Positions 28,372 through 32,000 of a stretch of DNA of 32,000 nt are shown piece by piece. Position 1 is the first letter of the stretch. The number at the start of each line of letters is the position of its first letter. The translations under genes and the position numbers were made by a program. The stretch is taken from NCBI GenBank assembly GCA_964455375.1, contig CAYVXE010000003.1:50805-82804 (forward strand), given 5' to 3'. This DNA is from an uncultured Calditrichaceae bacterium (GTDB lineage Bacteria; Zhuqueibacterota; Zhuqueibacteria; Oceanimicrobiales; Oceanimicrobiaceae). The notes below the pieces were generated by a model. The model had not been told where the DNA came from. It saw nothing but the letters and a program-made list of their open reading frames with translations, and did no database searches.

Positions 28372-29628
28372 TCAATTTACTATCATTTCATACAGCTTAT
28401 CTTTATTACTTTCAGTTTTCATTTTTTCGCTTATTAATTTTGTATTTCTTTTGTAGGATTCATTATTGATTAGGTCTAACAATTTACTTTCAAAGTTCTT
28501 TTCATTAAGGTGTTTTATTGACATTCCCTTTGGGCCCAGATGTAACTTGGAAATTGTCTCATTCCAATAGAATTGATCTAGGATGTGAGGAATAATCAAG
28601 CTTGGACAAGCATATTTCAATGCCGTATGTGTGGTTCCAGCCCCTCCATGGTGAACGACAGCATGCATTTTGGGGAATATCCAATCGTAAGGTATATTAC
28701 TCACAAAGTGAATGTGATCTGAAGATTCAGTAGTTTTCTCCAGCCCTCCCCATGAAGTATTGATAATAGCTGAAACTTTATTCCTTTTCAGTACTTCAAC
28801 TATGATGCGGGTTTTTTCTCTTGGATTGGAATTAGACATACTCCCAAAAGTGATCAGGATAACTTTTTTATACTTCTTGAGAAAATCTACTAATTCTTTA
28901 TCGGGTTGCCAATTTTTTGTTTTATCTCTTTCATAGTAACCAACAACGTGAGCAACTGAAGGCCAATATTCAGGCTTAGGAAATAGTGAAGGAGAAACAG
29001 CATAAAAGGTCTTTTCTTTTTCAAGCATCGCCTTTTTTATTGACGAAGCAGTAATTTTTAATCCAGGGTAATCTTTGCGATATCGTTTTGACACTAGTTT
29101 CAAGATGATGGCCTTGATGGTATTTCCCAGCCAGGCACTTAATATATTCATGACTATTCCATAGTTACCCAATATGGTAAGATGGTTAATAGCATGTGCT
29201 ACACCTGGTATAGGACTTACCAAGATAGATTTACCAGGGTTAGCCATTCCCCAGATAAGACTATAATTACATTTTGGATGGTATAGAATTCTATCAGGAT
29301 TTTCTTCTTTTTGAGTGTAATGATGTAATGCTAGAATATCTTTTGATAGTTTCAGACCAACTCTAGCCATTTTTATCAGGAATCCAATTCTTTTAAAAAT
29401 GGAACCTTGACCACCCATAAACATTTTTGCTTCTTTACCATCCAACATAATATCAAGAAATTCTTTGCTGAAACCACTGAAAGGAAGTTCCATTTGTTCA
29501 ACAGTTTCTCTAAATTGTTCTGGGAAGACGCAGATTACATCCCAATTCTTTTCTTTTAATAGCTGTGCGATTGCTAAAAACGGTTCGATATCCCCTCTCG
29601 TACCTATTGAAAATAAGATTGCTTTCAT
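28372..29628 (-). CDS. GT1-family UDP-glycosyltransferase (MGT/sterol-glucosyltransferase-like)
   Basis: The N-terminal SIGTRGDIEPFLAIAQLLKEKNWDV is a GT28-N-like block. The C-terminal donor-binding motif is HHGGAGTTHTALKYACPSLIIPHILDQFYW. The gene is conspicuously AT-rich compared with its neighbours. Confidence 0.85.
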   Translation of the reverse strand: MKAILFSIGTRGDIEPFLAIAQLLKEKNWDVICVFPEQFRETVEQMELPFSGFSKEFLDIMLDGKEAKMFMGGQGSIFKRIGFLIKMARVGLKLSKDILALHHYTQKEENPDRILYHPKCNYSLIWGMANPGKSILVSPIPGVAHAINHLTILGNYGIVMNILSAWLGNTIKAIILKLVSKRYRKDYPGLKITASSIKKAMLEKEKTFYAVSPSLFPKPEYWPSVAHVVGYYERDKTKNWQPDKELVDFLKKYKKVILITFGSMSNSNPREKTRIIVEVLKRNKVSAIINTSWGGLEKTTESSDHIHFVSNIPYDWIFPKMHAVVHHGGAGTTHTALKYACPSLIIPHILDQFYWNETISKLHLGPKGMSIKHLNEKNFESKLLDLINNESYKRNTKLISEKMKTESNKDKLYEMIVN

Positions 29629-29799
29629 ATTAGATTTGTCTGTTTCTGTATTGGCTACAACGTTTGTGTAAATTCATTGTTCTTGCACTGCGCAAATGAT
29701 GGGATATAAACAATTGTTTATATTTTTCATATATCAATTTATTTTTTCCGTACATATAATGCCTGCGATAACCCGCCAAAAACTTTAAACTATTTCTAC

Positions 29800-29826
29800 G
29801 ACCAAAACGCGCACGCGTTTATGGTC
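29800..29826 (-). terminator. hairpin downstream of the AlaDH-family gene (non-canonical terminator candidate)
   Basis: GACCA-AAACGC...GCGTTT-A-TGGTC forms 11 bp with one bulge and a 4-nt loop. It lies about 50 nt past the stop at 29875. No clean U-tract follows on the minus strand, so this is tentative. Confidence 0.3.
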
Positions 29827-29874
29827 GGGTTGATTGCTATGTTATGTGCTACTTAATCCAATATTCTCGAATCG

Positions 29875-31032
29875 TTAGTTTCTGTCCATATTAATGGCGG
29901 CGTGCGGATATAACGCTTCACGATTCTGAAATGAAATAATATCTGGTTTTTGAATAACGCCAGCATCAATATTCACAGCTTGTCGAATGGTTTCACTTTG
30001 TTGCCAGCTCTCATACCCCGCTAACACGGTCGGCAAATGGACAACGAGGGCAGCAGAGATAGACCGCGATGCACTTTCCCATAGATAGCTTGGTGTATGA
30101 TCCACGGCGTAGTAATCTACTTCTCCAATTTTAAACATAGGATTTTTAAATGTGGTTGGTTTGGCAAAAAAGAACCCCATACCCTCATCGCAACTGACGT
30201 CAATAATCAGGCTGCCTGGCTTGAGATGAGATATATCATCTTCTGTCACAAAAAGGATGGGATGATCTGGTTCTTGTAGGATTCCGTTCACGATGATTTC
30301 AGATTGGTTGATCAGATTAGCCAATGGTTGTTCAGTTCCATCATGCTCTACCGCCAAAATGCGCGCTTCATCTTCATTGCCTTCCCGAATACGGACATAG
30401 TGACAATCAAGTACTTCCTCACGTACCTCGTGGTCGGGACGTTGAATGCAAATTGTGATATCTCTAAAACCACGTGCTTTTAGGGCGTATATTGCGCCAC
30501 GGCTGACCGCACCAAAACTAAAAATGACCACTTTGCGTTGGTTACCGTAGTGACCGTCGATTCCTTTCAGTTGCAGCGCATGTAATACCGCGCAGTAGCC
30601 CGCCATTTCGTTGTTTTTATAAAAAGTGTGGCGGCCAATCTGTCCGTTGGGTCCCCAAACAAACATATCCTCAAAAGCGATAAGTGTCTGCTTGCGATCG
30701 ATCGCAGCCTGAGTGTGCGACCTTTGCTGTACACAATGCGGATAGCCCCAAAGAATTCCACCCTCACATAGTTCTTCAAAATCCGCTAACACTGGTTTGG
30801 GAAGGATGACATTCCCAATATTTGCTAGTAGTTCGTGGCGTGAGGCAACGCCACCTGACTGATCAGACATTTCTGAATCGGTAATACCGAAAGGTGTTCC
30901 ATAACCCTCCTCAAATATCAGCTGACGACGAATTTCTTCGGGAAGGCGTATTAGATGTTCCGGATGGATTGGAATACGTCGCTCATCCTCTTTTCTTGAA
31001 GTACCAATGACTCCAAATTTTAATTTATTCAT
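29875..31032 (-). CDS. alanine dehydrogenase/PNT-family NAD(P)-dependent oxidoreductase (saccharopine dehydrogenase / N5-(carboxyethyl)ornithine synthase-like)
   Basis: The 385-aa ORF starts KFGVIGTSRKEDERRIPIHPEHL, an AlaDH/PNT N-domain pattern. It has a Rossmann glycine motif VVIFSFGAVSRGAIYALKARG. Its C-terminal IIDVSCDEG...VDHTPSYLWESAS resembles the saccharopine DH/CEOS layout. Confidence 0.6.
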   Translation of the reverse strand: MNKLKFGVIGTSRKEDERRIPIHPEHLIRLPEEIRRQLIFEEGYGTPFGITDSEMSDQSGGVASRHELLANIGNVILPKPVLADFEELCEGGILWGYPHCVQQRSHTQAAIDRKQTLIAFEDMFVWGPNGQIGRHTFYKNNEMAGYCAVLHALQLKGIDGHYGNQRKVVIFSFGAVSRGAIYALKARGFRDITICIQRPDHEVREEVLDCHYVRIREGNEDEARILAVEHDGTEQPLANLINQSEIIVNGILQEPDHPILFVTEDDISHLKPGSLIIDVSCDEGMGFFFAKPTTFKNPMFKIGEVDYYAVDHTPSYLWESASRSISAALVVHLPTVLAGYESWQQSETIRQAVNIDAGVIQKPDIISFQNREALYPHAAINMDRN

Positions 31033-31333
31033 AGAGTTTCCTTCTTTCTACTAGAATTTACTTTTGTGATTATATCGAAGCATTTTCAAAGGTCTAATGT
31101 ACTCGTTTTATATGATTACGCAATCTTTTCACAAAACGATGTTCTCAATCGCTCATACCATACACTGATTCAAAACTCTCTCGTTTACTTTAAAAAGAGG
31201 AAAAAAGTACTTACGTATTCGAATGCTCATATCGCAACAGGTTTATGGTTGTGATTCACAACCCTCTCGCGGTGATCCACACATCCAGAAGCACACAAAA
31301 ATTAAAAAAATACGGAAAGCACATAACGGCCTG

Positions 31334-31445
31334 GGCGCTCAGCTGCCGCGCCCGGTACCGCGCTACAGTCCGCCAAAGTCCCCCGTGGCGCGGTCAGTTG
31401 CAGCGCCGGGTTATACGGCGCTGTCTTCGGTAGCGCCAACTGTAG
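31334..31445. repeat. cluster of GC-rich GGCGC/GCGCC-based hairpins
   Basis: Three hairpins are present: GGCGC/GCGCC (31334-31352), GCGCCG/CGGCGC (31403-31421) and GGCGCT/AGCGCC (31417-31437). The last two share an arm and are mutually exclusive. A 7-bp helix, CTACAGT (31363-31369) with ACTGTAG (31439-31445), brackets the latter two. Confidence 0.35.
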
Positions 31446-31580
31446 TCTTTCCGAGAGGAATTCACGAATCCCTGAATTCCTACTCTTCGAAGGGATCTCT
31501 ATCTCTTCGAGTCTTTCAATCATGACCCGCGCTGGAGGATTGTTCAGAGCCCGTCCGTCAGCTCTGAATTTATGTCCTGC

Positions 31581-32000
31581 TCAGCTCAGGCTGAACGGCG
31601 GGTATTGATCTGTGACGAGCAGGAAAGCATACGCCTGGACGCGCAGGCCCCACCTGCCCACCCCCACGACGAAGTCGAACAGTCCTCTCGGGTATCGGCC
31701 GGTGAAGAGGATCGCGAACCAAGTGAATACCACGGCGAAGAGTGCGATGATCGCCAGCAGCGCCAGCACAATGTAGTGCGGGATCGCCAGGAACCACTTG
31801 ACCAGCGGCAGCCACCGATTCAGGTCGCGTTTCACGTCCGGGTAGTCGATCTCCAGGTGTACGGACTGCTCCTCGACGGTCGAAGGATACTGATCCGTCA
31901 GCAGCAGGAAGTAGGCGCCGACCCGCGCTGAGAAGCGCACCAACTCACGCGCGAAATCGAACCACCAGCGTGGGTAGCGCTGCCTGAAGACGATCATCAG
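31581..32000 (-). CDS. DUF4389 domain-containing membrane protein (probably N-terminally truncated by the window edge)
   Basis: The DUF4389 pattern is repeated: YPRWWFDF...RVGAYFLLLTDQYPS and WFAILFTGRYPRGLFDF...RVQAYAFLLVTDQYPPF. The frame stays open to base 32000. The gene is GC-rich, unlike the rest of the window. Confidence 0.75.
   Translation of the reverse strand: MMIVFRQRYPRWWFDFARELVRFSARVGAYFLLLTDQYPSTVEEQSVHLEIDYPDVKRDLNRWLPLVKWFLAIPHYIVLALLAIIALFAVVFTWFAILFTGRYPRGLFDFVVGVGRWGLRVQAYAFLLVTDQYPPFSLS

Noticed and set aside
31223-31525. A 100-aa plus-strand ORF and a 73-aa minus-strand ORF (31302-31523) in the same spacer.
   Set aside because: They have low-complexity Pro/Arg/Ser-rich translations, mutually overlapping frames in GC-rich DNA, no ribosome-binding site and no family resemblance.
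31320-31530. A tRNA, tRNA-Sec or RNase P RNA in the GC-rich structured spacer. Candidate cues were TTTCAAT and ATTCAGG loops, and GGAAAGAC on the minus strand.
   Set aside because: No cloverleaf can be built: there is no acceptor or T-arm with GTTCRANYC, and the stems flanking the candidate anticodon loops do not pair. GGAAAGAC does not extend to the RNase P GAGGAAAGUCCGGGC consensus.
31570-31931. Overlapping 81-aa (minus) and 119-aa (plus) ORFs across the DUF4389 gene.
   Set aside because: These are high-GC shadow frames. Only the 31581-32000 minus frame shows the repeated DUF4389 motif.

Overview
This is a densely coding 32-kb piece of a bacterial chromosome. Hand-sampled lines put GC in the mid-40s % for most of the window. 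I count about 30 protein genes. I found no rRNA, tRNA, CRISPR array, transposase or integrase that I can support. Most of the content is ordinary core metabolism and envelope genes. These include anmK, a stand-alone cNMP-binding protein start/stop-coupled to an AI-2E transporter, a DUF2233 phosphodiester glycosidase and a metallophosphoesterase. They also include an overlapping pyrF-pyrE-thrB string, DUF1684, a GltP-type symporter, DUF92, FtsB/DivIC, DUF502 and an RsbW-like kinase. thiC, slyD and a DUF255 thioredoxin-domain protein complete the set.

Stand-outs:
1. 22.8-28.0 kb holds a self-contained five-gene operon. It encodes a membrane-anchored FliF(C-terminal part)-FliG fusion, an outer-membrane protein, a TPR lipoprotein and MotA/MotB. 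No other flagellar gene lies nearby. I read it as a candidate orphan rotor/stator, proton-motive-force-driven envelope machine, and I cannot match this composition to any system I know.
2. 4265-4609 is an ArsC/Spx-family selenoprotein with an in-frame TGA in a U-x-x-C motif. The ORF track truncates it.
3. The 568-nt spacer at 12.6-13.1 kb carries three perfect and two near-perfect DnaA boxes, with no dnaA in the window.
4. Between thiC and slyD, a 24-of-26-position long-range helix with four G-U pairs suggests a plus-strand structured RNA of about 216 nt.
5. thiC has a terminator-containing leader but no recognisable THI-box.
6. The 3' end is compositionally mosaic: a very AT-rich glycosyltransferase gene, then a GC-rich DUF4389 block preceded by GC-rich hairpins.

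All family assignments come from motif-level reading of the translations. No database search, fold prediction or statistics could be run.
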